NCBI GenBank assembly: GCA_038087875.1
Contig: CM075999.1
Location: forward strand, 3,040,001-3,104,000
DNA: 64,000 nucleotides
Source: Malacoraja senta
Taxonomy: Eukaryota
Direction of reading: 5' to 3'
Of the stretch, positions 24,514 to 36,381 are shown piece by piece. A program made the position numbers and the translations under genes. The notes below the pieces were generated by a model. It was given only the letters and a program-made list of their open reading frames with translations, ran no database searches and was not told where the DNA came from. Each line of letters starts with the position of its first letter. Position 1 is the stretch's first letter.

Positions 24514-25160
24514 AATGTTAGCTTTCATAGCAAAAGGATTTGAGTATAGGAGCAGGGAGGTTCTACTGCAGTTGTACAGGGTCTTGGTGAGACCACACCT
24601 GGAGTATTGCGTACAGTTTTGGTCTCCTAATCTGAGGAAAGACATTCTTGCCATAGAGGGAGTACAGAGAAGGTTCACCAGACTGATTCCTGGGATGTCA
24701 GGACTTTCATATGAAGAAAGACTGGATAGACTCGGCTTATACTTGCTAGAATTTAGGAGATTGAGAGGGGATCTTATAGAAACTTACAAAATTCTTATGG
24801 GGTTGGACAGGCTAGATGCAGGAAGATTGTTCCCGATGTTGGGGAAGTCCTGGACAAGGGGTCACAGCTTAAGGATAAGGGGGAAATCCTTTAAGACCGA
24901 GATGAGAAAAAACTTTTTCACACAGAGAGTGGTGAATCTCTGGAAATCTCTGCCACAGAGGGTAGTTGAGGCCAGTTCATTGGCTATATTTAAGAGGGAG
25001 TTAGATGTGGCCCTTGTGGCTAAAGGGATCAGGGGGTATGGAGAGAAGGCAGGTACGGGATACTGAGTTGGATGATCAGCCATGATCATATTGAATGGCG
25101 GTGCAGGCTCGAAGGGCCGAATGGCCTACTCCTGCACCTATTTTCTATGTATCTATGTAT
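24514..25160 (+). mobile_element. Young CR1 LINE 3' fragment nested in a Rex1 tail
   Basis: Open 183-aa ORF 24515-25066. ATCCT is repeated at both junctions, and the Rex1 tail resumes at ~25163. Confidence 0.85.
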
Positions 25161-25436
25161 CCTACCCCAACCAGAGAGCAGTGCTGAACTACCATCTACC
25201 TCATTGGTGACCCTCGGACTATCCTTGATCCAGACTTTGCTGACTTTACCTTGCACTAAAATTTATTCCTTTATCATGTATCTGTTCACTGCGACTGGCT
25301 CGGTTGTAATCATGTGTTGTCTTTCCGCTGACTGGTTAGCACGATGCAACATAAGCTTTTCACTGTACCTCAGTACACGTGACTAAACTCAACGTGTACT
25401 GCCAGATCCACTCAGTGCCTGCGGTTTCTCTTGCAG

Positions 25437-25531
25437 TGGAGTTCTGGTGCCTGGAGGTTTCGGTGTTCGTGGGACAGAGGGAAAGATTCTCGCCATTGCC
25501 TGGGCAAGAAAACAGAAGAAACCATTTCTGG
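25437..25531 (+). CDS. CTPS1: CTP synthase 1, exon 11
   Basis: [31 protein letters not shown] (oxyanion PGGFG). 95 nt. Confidence 0.97.
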
Positions 25532-26086
25532 GTGAGTGCGTTCATCTCCAGTGCTGCCTTCAAACTGTGTTCCCAGCCTTAATCGCTGAACGTCCACAGG
25601 TGGGTGTGCAAAACTGCTCGATGACTTTAAAGAAAAACAGTAGCTAGAGATGAGTACGGGTGTCAGGGGTTACGGGGAGAAGGCAGGAGAATGAGGTTAC
25701 GAGGGAGAGATAGATCGGCCATGATTGAATGGCGGAGTAGACTTGATGGGCCGAATGGCCTAATTCTACTGCTATTCCTCATGACCTTATAAGACAAAAT
25801 GCTGAAGTAACTTGGATAGAGTGACTGTGGGGAGGATGTTTCCACTGGTGGGAGTGTCTAGGACCAGAGGCCACAGCCTCAGAATTAAAGGACGTTCTTT
25901 TAGGAAGGAGATGAGGAGGAATTTCTTTACTCAGAGGGTGGTGAATCTGTGGAATACTTTGTCACTGAAGGCTGGAGAAACCAAGTCAGTGGATATATTT
26001 GAGGCAGAGATAGATAGATTCTTGATTAGTGCGGGTGTCAGAGGTTATGGGGAGAAGGCAGGAGAATGGGGTTAGGAGGCGAGATA

Positions 26087-27695
26087 GAGTGGCTTGCAAA
26101 AGTATTCATACCCCTTGAACTTTTCCACATTTTGTCACGTTACAACCACAAACGTAAATGTATTTTATTGGGATTTTATGTGATAGACCAACACAAAGTG
26201 GCGCATAATTGTGAAGTGGAAGGAAAATGATACATGGTTTTCAAATTTTTTTACAAATAAAAAACTGAAAAGTGTCGCGTGCAAAAGTATTCAGCCCCCT
26301 TTACTCTGATACCCCTAAATAAAATCCAGTGCAACCAATTGCCTTCAGAAGTCACCTAATTAGTAAATAGAGTCCACTTGTGTGTAATCTAATCTCAGTA
26401 TAAATACAGCTGTTCTGTGAAGGCCTCAGAGGTTTGTTAGAGAACATTAGTGAACAAACAGCATCATGAAGCCCAAGGAACACACCAGACAGTGTGTTTG
26501 TGGAGAAGTTTAAAGCAGGGTTAGGTTATAAAAAAATATCCCAAGCTTTGAACATCTCACGGAGCACTGTTCAATCCATCATCCGAAAATGGAAAGAGTA
26601 TGGCACAACTGCAAACCTACCAAGACATGGCCGTCCACCTAAACTGACAGGCCGGGCAAGGAGAGCATTGCTCAGAGAAGCAGCCAAGAGGCCCATGGTA
26701 ACTCTGGAGGAGCTGCAGAGATCCACAGCTCAGGTGGGAGAATCTGTCCACAGGACAACTATTAGTCGTGCACTCCACAAATCGGGCCTTTATGGAAGAG
26801 TGGCAAGAAGAAAGCCATTGTTGAAAAAAAGCCATAAGAAGTCCCGTTTGCAGTTTGCCACAAGCCATGTGGGGGACACAGCAAACATGTGGAGGAAGGT
26901 GCTCTGGTCAGATAAGACCAAAATTGAAGTTTCTGGCCTAAATGCAAAACGCTATGTGTGGCGGAAACCTAACACTGCACATCACCCTGAACACACCATC
27001 CCCACTGTGAAACGTGGTGGTGGCAGCATCATGCTGTGGGGATGCTTTTCTTCAGCAGGGTCAGGGAAGCTGGTCAGAGTTGATGGGAAGATGGATGGAG
27101 CCAAATACGGGGCAATCGTGGAAGAAAACCTGTTAGAGTCTGCAAAAGACTTGAGACTGGGGCGGAGGTTCACCTTCCAGCAGGACAACGACCCTAAACA
27201 TACAGCCAGAGCTACAATGGAATGGTTTAGATCAAAGCATATTCATGTGTTAGAATGGCCCAGTCAAAGTCCAGACCTAAATCCAATTGAGAATCTCTGG
27301 CAAGACTTGAAAATTGCTGTTCACAGACGCTCTCCATCCAATCTGACTGAGCTTGAGCTATTTTGCAAAGAAGAATGGGCGAAAATTTCAGTCTCTAGAT
27401 GTGCAAAGCTGGTAGAGACTTACCCCAAAAGACTTGCAGCTGTAATTGCAGCGAAAGGTGGTTCTACAAAGTATTGACTCAGGGGGGCTGAATACTTTTG
27501 CACGCCACACTTTTCAGTTTTTTATTTGTAAAAAAAATTGAAAACCATGTATCATTTTCCTTCCACTTCACAATTATGCACCACTTTGTGTTGGTCTATC
27601 ACATAAAATCCCAATTAAATACATTTACGTTTGTGGTTGTAACGTGACAAAATGTGGAAAAGTTCAAGGGGTATGAAAACTTTTGCAAGCCACTG
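26087..27695 (+). mobile_element. Full-length Tc1/mariner (DD34E, Passport-like) transposon, copy 2
   Basis: TA TSDs at 26085-86 and 27696-97. Same TIRs as copy 1, with the left terminal base C>G. Confidence 0.95.
26466..27477 (+). pseudogene. Tc1 transposase, frameshifted near codon 10 (net -8 bp), WSDE>WSDK
   Basis: ATG at 26466. GTCAGGGATAAAG is replaced by TGTGT; the remaining 325 codons are open to GGSTKY*. Confidence 0.9.
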
Positions 27696-28400
27696 TATAT
27701 CAGCCATGATTGAACGGCGGAGTAGACTTGATGGGCCGATTGGCCTAATTCTGCTCCGATCACTTACGATCTTTGGAACTCAGCGGGTCAGGCAGCATCT
27801 CTGGAGAACATGCATAGAATCATACAGCATGGAAACAGGCCCTTCGGCCCAACTTGCGCGCACCAACCAATGGGTCCCTTAGGTGGCGTTTTGGGTTGGG
27901 GCCCTTCAGACTGGACCTGAGTCTGAGGAAAGGTCCCTACCAGAAACATCACCCTGTCCTTTTTCTCCAGAGATGCTGCCTGACCTGCTGAGTTACTCCA
28001 GCACTGTGAGGCTATCTCTTGTCATGTATTCTTGAGCAGTGTGTCTTGTAGACATAAAGGTGCCGGTAAGCATCTTTAATAAATGTGTCTCGTGGCCGGG
28101 AACTGTATTTTAGAGGTGTCGCAAGTAAAGTCTTTAGTGGCTTTGTGTCCAATTTTGTTCAACAGACAATAGGTGCAGGAATAGGCCATTTGAACCAGCA
28201 TCGCCATTCAATGTGATCATGGCTGATCAGCCCCAATCAGTACCCCGTTCCTGCCTTCTCCCCATATCGCCTGACTCCGCTGTCTTTAAGAGCCCTATCT
28301 AGCTCTCTCTTGAAAGTATCCAGGGAACCGGCCTCCACTGCCCTCTGAGGCAGAGGATTCCACAGACTCACCACTCTCTGTGAGAAAAAGTGACTTAGGC

Positions 28401-28700
28401 TGGCATGGTGGCGCAGCGGTAGAGTTGCTGCCTCACAGCGCCAGAGACCTGGGTTCGATCCTGACTACGGGTGCTGTCTGTACGGAGTTTGTACGTTCTC
28501 CCCATGACCTGCGTGGGTTTTCACCGGGTGCTCCGGTTTCCTCCCACACTCCAAAGACGTGCAGGTTTGTCGGTTAATCGGATTCGGTGAAAGTTGTAAA
28601 TTGTCCCGAGTGTGTGTAGGATAGTGTTAGCATGCAGGGTGATCGCTGGTCGGCGCGGACTCGGTGGGCAGAAGGGCCAGTCTCCTCTCTGTATCTCTAA
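28401..28700 (+). mobile_element. V-SINE (HE1-like)
   Basis: Full consensus with A/B boxes. Confidence 0.85.
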
Positions 28701-28885
28701 AGTCTGAAGAAAGGTCTCGACCCGAAACCTCGCCCATTCCTTCTCTCCAGAGATGCTGCCTCACCCGCTGAGTTTCTGCAGCATTTTGTGTCTACCTTCT
28801 AAAGTCTAAAGACTTGCGTGCGAGATATTCGGTGATGTTTTCCTGTGTTGAAGGGTCCTTGATCCTCGTCGTTCTGTTCCTGCAG

Positions 28886-28948
28886 GTGTGTGTCTTGGCA
28901 TGCAGTTGGCTGTCGTGGAGTTTGCACGGAATGAGCTGAACTGGTCAG
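28886..28948 (+). CDS. CTPS1: CTP synthase 1, exon 12
   Basis: GVCLGMQLAVVEFARNELNWS (catalytic GATase Cys). 63 nt. Confidence 0.96.
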
Positions 28949-29535
28949 GTACGGGCAACATATTTCCACCGTTTTATAAAAGTGTGCCTTGCCAATCACG
29001 GGATATGATTAAAACAATCAGTTCTTTCGAAGACACGTGAGCATGCAGAGTCCTTGGCCAAAATATTCAATAGACAATAGGTGCAGGAGTAGGCCATTCG
29101 GCCCTTCGAGCCAGCTCCGCCATTCAATGTGATCATGGCTGATCATCCCTAATCAGTACCCCATTCCTGCCTTCTCCCCATATCCCCTGACTCCGCTATC
29201 TTCAAGAGCCCTATTTAGCTCTCTCTTGAAAGTATCCAGAGAACCGGCCTCCTCCGCCCTCTGAGGCAGAGAATTCCACAGACTAACAACTCACTGTGAG
29301 TAAAAATGGTTTCCTCAGTGTACGACTTTATTTATCACGTATACCGAGGTCCAATGACTACTATGCGTCAGAATTTAACACGTGGAATGTGTTGTAAACC
29401 AGATATTTGCTTTCACCTTTAATATAACCACAAGCATTGTGTCTTAAGTTTGTTTTACCCGGATTAGAAAAATATAACAGTTCTGTTCTATGTTTCCCGT
29501 GTTTCACAACACATTTTTTTTGTTTGCTTTTACAG

Positions 29536-29579
29536 GTGCCAATTCTACTGAGTTTGATGCCAACACAAGCTATCCTGTG
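29536..29579 (+). CDS. CTPS1: CTP synthase 1, exon 13
   Basis: (G)ANSTEFDANTSYPV. tttacag|...|gtatgt, 44 nt. Confidence 0.94.
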
Positions 29580-29925
29580 GTATGTATGTAGTATGTGTAG
29601 GAAGGAACTGCAGATGCTGGTTTAAACCAAAGATAGACGCAAAAAGCTGGAGTAACTCAGGCAGCATCTCTGGAGATAAGGAATGGGTGACTTTTCGGGT
29701 CGAGACCCTTCTTCAGACTGAGAGTCAGGAGAGAGGGAAACGAGAGATATAGACGGTGATGTGGAGAGATAAAGAACAATGAATGAAAGATTTGCAAAAA
29801 AAGTAACGATGATAAAGGAAACAGGCCATTGTTAGCTGTTTGCTGGGTGAGAACGAGAAGCTGGTGTGACTTGGGTGGGGGAGGGATGGAGAGAGAGGGA
29901 ATTGCAGGTGTGGTCTCATTTTCCC

Positions 29926-30495
29926 TGAGACCACACCTGGAGTATTGTGTGCAGTTTTGGTCCACTAATTTGAGGAAGGACATTCTTGCTATTGAGGGAG
30001 TGCAGCGTAGGTTTACAAGGTTAATTCCCGGGATGGCGGGACTGTCATATGCTGAGAGAATGGAGCAGCTGGGCTTGTACACTCTGGAGTTTGGAAGGAT
30101 GAGAGGATATCTCATTGAAACATATAAGATTGTTAAGGGTTTGGATACGCTAGAGGCAGGAAACATGTTCCCAATGTTGGGGGAGTCCAGAACCAGGGGC
30201 CACAGTTTAAGAATAAGGAGTAAGCCATTTAGAACGGAGACGAGGCAACACTTTTTCTCACAGGGAGTGGTGAGTCTGTGGAATTCTCTGCCTCAGAGGG
30301 CGGTGGAGGCTGGTTCTCTGGATACTTTCAAGAGAGAGCTAGATAGGGCTCTTAAAGATAGCGGAGTCAGGGTATATGGGGAGAGGCAGGAACGGGGTAC
30401 TGATTGGGGATGATCAGCCATGATCACATTGAATGGCGGTGCTGGCTCGAAGGGCCGAATGGCCTGCTCCTGCACCTATTGTCTATTGTCTATTG
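29926..30495 (+). mobile_element. CR1 LINE 3' fragment
   Basis: RPHLEYCVQFWS...QRRFTRLIPG...WNSLP. Confidence 0.85.
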
Positions 30496-30533
30496 ATGTT
30501 TGGATTTTGACATCCGTGTTGCTCCTTGTGCAG

Positions 30534-30630
30534 GTGATCGACATGCCTGAACACAATCCTGGCGACATGGGTGGAACCATGAGGCTTGGCAAACGGACCA
30601 CCATACTCAAGGATAAGAATTCCGTCCTCT
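30534..30630 (+). CDS. CTPS1: CTP synthase 1, exon 14
   Basis: [32 protein letters not shown]. 97 nt. Confidence 0.96.
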
Positions 30631-31091
30631 GTAAGCTGCCGACTCTCTGCTTTAAGACTGCTTGTCCTTTCTTTTTCTCCCCTTGCTTCTCCAAAGCTTT
30701 GGCTCTTAGTGAAACAAACGCCTGCGTTAAAGGACTGAGTGTCCATGCCCGAAGATAGACACAAAAAGCTGCAGCAAACTCAGCGGGACAGGCAGCATCC
30801 CTGGAGAGAAGGAATGGGTGACGTTTCCCTTCTTCAGCCTGAGAGTCGGCAGAGGGCAACGAGAGATATACACGCTGAGTTGTTCGTGCATTGTGTGTAA
30901 ATCTTCAGTTTAAACCAGCAGTTCCTTCCTACAAATGTCCATGCCCCACCGACAAAGATGGGCCGAAGGGCCTGTTTCCTCACTCCATGACTCTAATCCC
31001 ATTCCCCACTCATTTCCCCTGCAATCTGTTATCCCGAGGCTTCATTCCCCTCCCGCCTACACACATACTTGGGGTGCTTTACATTTGCAAG

Positions 31092-31396
31092 TTTAGTTTA
31101 GAGATATAGAGCGGAAACAGGCCCTTCGGCCCACCAAGTCCATGCCGGCCTGCGATCCCCGCACACTAACACTATCCTACACACACTAGGGACAATTTAC
31201 ATTTATACCAAGCTGATTAACCTGCAAACCTGCACGTCTTTGGAGTGTGGGAGGAAACCGGAGCACCCGGAGTAAACCCACGCAGGTCACGGGGAGAAGG
31301 TACAAACTCAGTACAGACAGCGCCCGTAGTCAGGATGGAACCCGGGTCTGTGGCGCTGTGAGGCAGCAACTCTACCGCTGCGCCACCGTGCTGCCC
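31092..31396 (-). mobile_element. V-SINE (HE1-like)
   Basis: Full consensus. Confidence 0.85.
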
Positions 31397-31531
31397 CGCT
31401 TTAATCAAGGTCATCTCAATAAATAGAAACCATCACGCTGCGGAGAGTTTGAATTACGTTGGCCGGTTTGTTTGTCTCTGATCAATGTTGTCATTTAAAA
31501 AATATAGCTCTTTGTTTTCTTTGACTTGTAG

Positions 31532-31587
31532 GGAAGTTGTACAATGAATCTGACTCGATAGACGAAAGACACAGACACCGATACGAG
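31532..31587 (+). CDS. CTPS1: CTP synthase 1, exon 15
   Basis: (W)KLYNESDSIDERHRHRYE. 56 nt. Confidence 0.95.
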
Positions 31588-32494
31588 GTACAAAGAACTT
31601 TAGCTTCCCTTATCACTTATTTGCAATAAAGACACAGAACTGCTTTCATGAAAACATACTGCATTTTATTGCGCTAATTCAACATTGAACACAGGAACAG
31701 TACAGGCCCTTCGGCCCACTATGTCTGAAGTTGAACATGATGCCAAGTTGAACTAAGTTTAGTTTAGAGATGCAGCAGAGAAACAGGCCCTTCGGCCCAT
31801 CGTGCCCATGCCGACCATCGATCGCCCGTTCACACACTAGTTCTGTGTCACCCCACTTTCTCATCCCTATTGACATTTATAGAACCAATTAACATACAAA
31901 CCTGCGTGTCCTTGGGATGTGGGAGGTAACCACTTTATACTCAAAATCCCAGACTGTTGGAGGCAAGCATACCATGTGCCTTCTTTACCAATCTGCCTAC
32001 TTGTGTCAGTTTAGCTTAGAGGCAATGCGGTCCTTCGGCCCACCGAGTCCACGCCGACCAGCGATCACCCCGCACACTAACACTATCCTACACACACGGT
32101 TTTACCAAAGCCGAATTAACCTACAAACCTGTACGTCTTCGGAGTGAGGGAGGAAACTGGAGCACCTGGAGAAAACCCACGTGGTCACGGGGAGAAGGTA
32201 CAAACTCCGTACAGACAGCACCCGTAGTCAGGATGGAACCCGGTCTCTGGCGCTGTGAGGCAGCAACTCTACCGCTGCGCCACCATGCAGGCCTGTTTGT
32301 TTGGTCATGTCTGCCTCTCAGTTTTCTGAGTTTCAAGCGTGTGTTTTTTAAACTTGCGTGTTCTAATCTTTTCCACTTTATTTTTTATTACCTTTCATTG
32401 AGTGTAAACCCTTTAACATCAGATGTTCCTGATCTAAAAAAACAATAAAATATAACCATATTAAAGTGATAAAAATTTAAATTAAAAAAAGGCA

Positions 32495-33202
32495 CAGAGT
32501 GCTGGAGTAACTCAGCGGGTCAGGCAGCATCTGTGGAGAACATGGATGGGTGACGTTTCACAGAGTGCTGGAGTAACTCAGCAGGCCAGGCAGCATCTGT
32601 GGAGAACATGGATAGGTGACGTTTCACAGAGTGCTGGAGTAACTCAGTGGGTCAGGCAGCATCTGTGGAGAACATGGATGGGTGATGTTTCACAGAGTGC
32701 TGGAGTAACTCAGCAGGCCAGGCAGCATCTGTGGAGAACATGGATAGGTGACGTTTCACAGAGTGCTGGAGTAACTCAGCGGGTCAGGCAGCATCTGTGG
32801 AGCGAAGGAAATGGGCAACCTTTCGGGCCGAAACCCTGAAGGAAATAGGCAACGTTTCGGGCCGAAACCCGGAAGGGTTTCGGGCCGAAACGTTGCCTAT
32901 TTCCTTCGCTCCATAGATGCTGCCGCACCCGCTGAGTTTTTCCAGCATTTTGGTCTACCTTATCATTTATAGTGTGGTTCCGTATAGCTTACAAAGCACA
33001 GAAGTACACTGTGCCAGAGTAACTCAGCGGGTCAGGCAGCATCTGTGGAGAACATGGATAGGTGACGTTTCACAGAGTGCTGGAGTAACTCAGCGGGTCA
33101 GGCAGCATCTGTGGAGAACATGGATAGGTGACGTTTCACAAAGTGCTGGAGTAACTCAGCGGGTCAGGCAGCATCTGTGGAGAACGTGGATAGGTGACGT
33201 TT
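32495..33202. repeat. 66-bp tandem array of PLE-pLTR-derived units around a palindromic core
   Basis: Units CAGAGTGCTGGAGTAACTCAG...GGTGACGTTTCA at 32495, 32561, 32627, 32693 and 32759, then again from ~33015. Confidence 0.85.
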
Positions 33203-33407
33203 CGGGTCGGGACTCTTTTAGCTCGGTTTAGATTAGAGATACAGCGTGGAAACAGGCCCTTCGGCCCACCGGGTCTGCCCGGACCAGCAGTCCCTACACA
33301 TTAACCCTACCCTACACACACCTGGGACCATTTTTACATTTACCAAGCCCATTAACCTACAAACCTGTACATTGTTCAGACTAATCAACAAGGTGCTTGC
33401 GTTTCAG

Positions 33408-33503
33408 GTAAATCCAGAAATGAAGAAAAGTTTTGAGGAGAGAGGATTCCGGTTTGTTGGTCAGACGTGGAAGGGGAACGAATGGAGATTATCGAGCTGG
33501 ATG
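33408..33503 (+). CDS. CTPS1: CTP synthase 1, exon 16 (apparent 1-bp deletion at ~33464)
   Basis: VNPEMKKSFEERGFRFVGQ/[D]VEGERMEIIELD. 96 nt, whereas 97 are needed to keep frame. Confidence 0.92.
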
Positions 33504-34796
33504 GTAGGTGAAGAGAGAGCGATCTGTGAGCTGCCTGCGGACGCTCCCCCCGACCTCCCCTCCCCCCCTCATGTCTTCAACATTAGTGTTAGTTTAGATT
33601 ATTATTGTCACAGTGAAAAGCGTTTTGTTCGTGCTAACCAGTCAGTGAAAAGTCTACACATGATCATAATCATAATAATACTTTATTAGCCAAGTGTGTT
33701 TAGCACATACGAGGAATTTAATCTGCCAAGTCAGTCACACCATTAAAAAGCAACAGAACACACAAAACACATTTTAACATGAACATCCACCACAGTGACA
33801 CCTCCACATTCCTCACTGTGATGGAAGGCGGAAACAAAAAGTACAATCTCTTCCCCTCTTTGTTCTCCCGCGTTCGGGGGCCTCGAGCCCTCCGTTGACG
33901 GGACAATCTTGGCTCCCGTAGCTGGCGGTCGAGCCCTCCTCGTCGGGGCGATCAAGCTCCTGCATCGGGGGGATGGGGGATGTCAGCTCCCTCCCCCCCC
34001 ACCCCCACGCCGAGCGATCGGACTCCGGGTCGGGGCTGGTCGAAGTGGTGTTGATTTAATCCTTTAATTTTTCACTCCTTTAATCTTCACTCCTCTCACC
34101 TTAATGCTACGCCTTCTAATCTCTGGCATCTCCGCCCTGCGAGAAAAGGTTCTGACCGTCTGTCTAAACTTCCATTTGGGCCCTCCCCCCCCCCCCCCTC
34201 AACCTCCGACGTTGCAGAGAAAACCACAATCTGTTTGGTTGGGGAATAACTGAGATGAGATGAAGCTAGCCTTCGCTGACTTTGACTGGGGTGGAGGTGA
34301 ATCGGAGACTACCCGAGCTTACGGAAGGACCCTTCAGAAGCCCGATGACAGAACTTAACAAGATATGAAATCATGAGAGGAATAGATCGGGTAGATGCAC
34401 AGTTTTGCCCAGAGTATGTGAATCGAGGACATAGAGGTGAAGGGGAAATTATTTAATAAGAACCTGAGGGGTAACTTTTTCACACAGAGGGTGGTGGGTG
34501 TATGGAACAAGTTGCCAGAGGAGGTAGTTGAGGCTGGGACTATCCCAACATTTAAGAAGCAGTTAGACAGGTGCCTGGAGAGGGCAGGTTTGGAGGGATA
34601 TGGACCAAACGGGCCGGTTTGGGCAAAACGCAGGCAGGTGGGACTAGTGTAGCCAGGACGAGTTGGGCCGAAGGGCCTGTTTCCACTCTGTATGACTCTG
34701 AGACATTGAATTGTTTTTAACAAGGCACTGACTGATCGCATGGACTAGTCCGTGTCTGTTCAAGAGTATAATTGAGTCTGCTTTCCTCCCTTGCAG

Positions 34797-34941
34797 ATCA
34801 CCCCTACTTCGTGGGGGTCCAGTACCACCCTGAGTTCACCTCCAGACCCATGAAGCCGTCGCCACCATACTTTGGCCTTGCTCTCGCAGCTGCAGGGAGG
34901 TTGCAGTGTTACTTGGAGAAGGGCTGCAGGTTGTCCCCCAG
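34797..34941 (+). CDS. CTPS1: CTP synthase 1, exon 17
   Basis: [48 protein letters not shown] (catalytic HPE). 145 nt. Confidence 0.97.
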
Positions 34942-36142
34942 GTACCCTGACGCATTTGTCTGTCTCACCCTCCTGTTGCCGTGTGCGAGAGGACCCGGTC
35001 TGAACCCCCGAGAAGGCAGGAGAATGGGGTTAGGAGGGAGAGATAGATCAGCCACTCAGTGGGGCAGGCAGCATCTCTGGAGAGAAGGGATGGGTGACCC
35101 TTCTTCAGGCTGCCAGACCCGCTGAGTTGCTCCAGCATTTTGTGTCTATCTTTGATTTAAACCAGCATCTGCAGTTCTTCCCTAGCCATGATTGAAAGGC
35201 GGAGTAGACTCGATGGGCCGAATGGCCTGATTCTACTCCTATCAATTATCACCACATCAGTTTGTCCATATTTCAATCAGTTCTTCTGCTGTTCCCTGAG
35301 AGCGAGTTGCCGAGATTGTTCCTCAGTTTGTAGTTTCCATAAAAAATAGGAGCAGAATTTGGCCATTCGGCCCATCAGGTCGACGCTGCCTAAAAGAAGG
35401 GACTTTAAACTCCACAAGAGTTTTGCACAGATATGTTTTTTTAAATCCTGAAGTTAATGAAGTACATTTGAAATGTAGGCAGACAAGGTGCCACAAACTC
35501 CTATTCATACGTTAATCATATTAATTGTACAGGTACATGATAAAGGGAATAACGTTTAGTGCAAGGTTTATAAGTGATAGGAGCAAAATTAGGTCATTCA
35601 GTCCATCAAGTCCATCATGGCTGATCTATCTTTCTCTCTCAACCCCATTCTCCCCATAACCCCTGACACCCATACTAATCAAGAACCTGTCGACCCCACT
35701 TTGAAAATACCCAATGACTTGGCCTTGACAGCCAATCAATTCAGATAATATTACATCAATAATACCATATCTATATTAATTCAGATAATCCTATACATAA
35801 ATGCAATCAAGCCAAACTCCAGTACAACAGGTAGAGCAAAGGGGAAGATACAGAGTGCAGAATCTAGTTCTCAGCATTGTAGCGCATCAGTTCCAGAGAC
35901 AAAGTCCAATGTCCGCAATGGGGTAGAGGTGAATCGGACAGTACCCTAGCTTATGGAAGGGCCATTCAGAAGGCTGATGACAGAATTTGACAAAATGTTT
36001 ACTTCATTGCTTTTTAAAAGGTAAAAACGGAACAAATATCCAGCCCATTGTGGGGGAAAGACTTAATGGGAACCTGAGGGGTAACTTTATTACACAAAGG
36101 GTGGATGGAACAAGCTGCCGCAGGAACTATCGCAACATCTAA

Positions 36143-36381
36143 AGGGCCTGTCCCACTTGCCGATTTTTTCGGCGATTGCCGGCATCACTGACTGACGAAT
36201 CAGGTCACCGAAAAATTAACGGCGGTGACGCGGCGTGATGACCACGTATCGATGCGCGGTGTTTTCAAGTGTCGCGACATTTTTTTTGTCGCCGCTGGAT
36301 TTTCAAATGTTCAAAATCTTTCGCCGACACTTACATGACGCCGGCAGTCACCGAAAAAAATCGGCAAGTGGGACAGGCCCT
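36143..36381. mobile_element. PIF/Harbinger-type MITE (same family as 9447)
   Basis: TIRs AGGGCCTGTCCCACTTGCCG and TAA TSD. Inserted in a CR1 tail. Confidence 0.8.

Noticed and set aside
32495..33231. Regular repeats resembling a CRISPR array or a 22-aa repeat protein
   Set aside because: These are head-to-tail 66-bp units with no unique spacers, in a eukaryotic context with no cas genes. The frame stays open only because 66 is divisible by 3.
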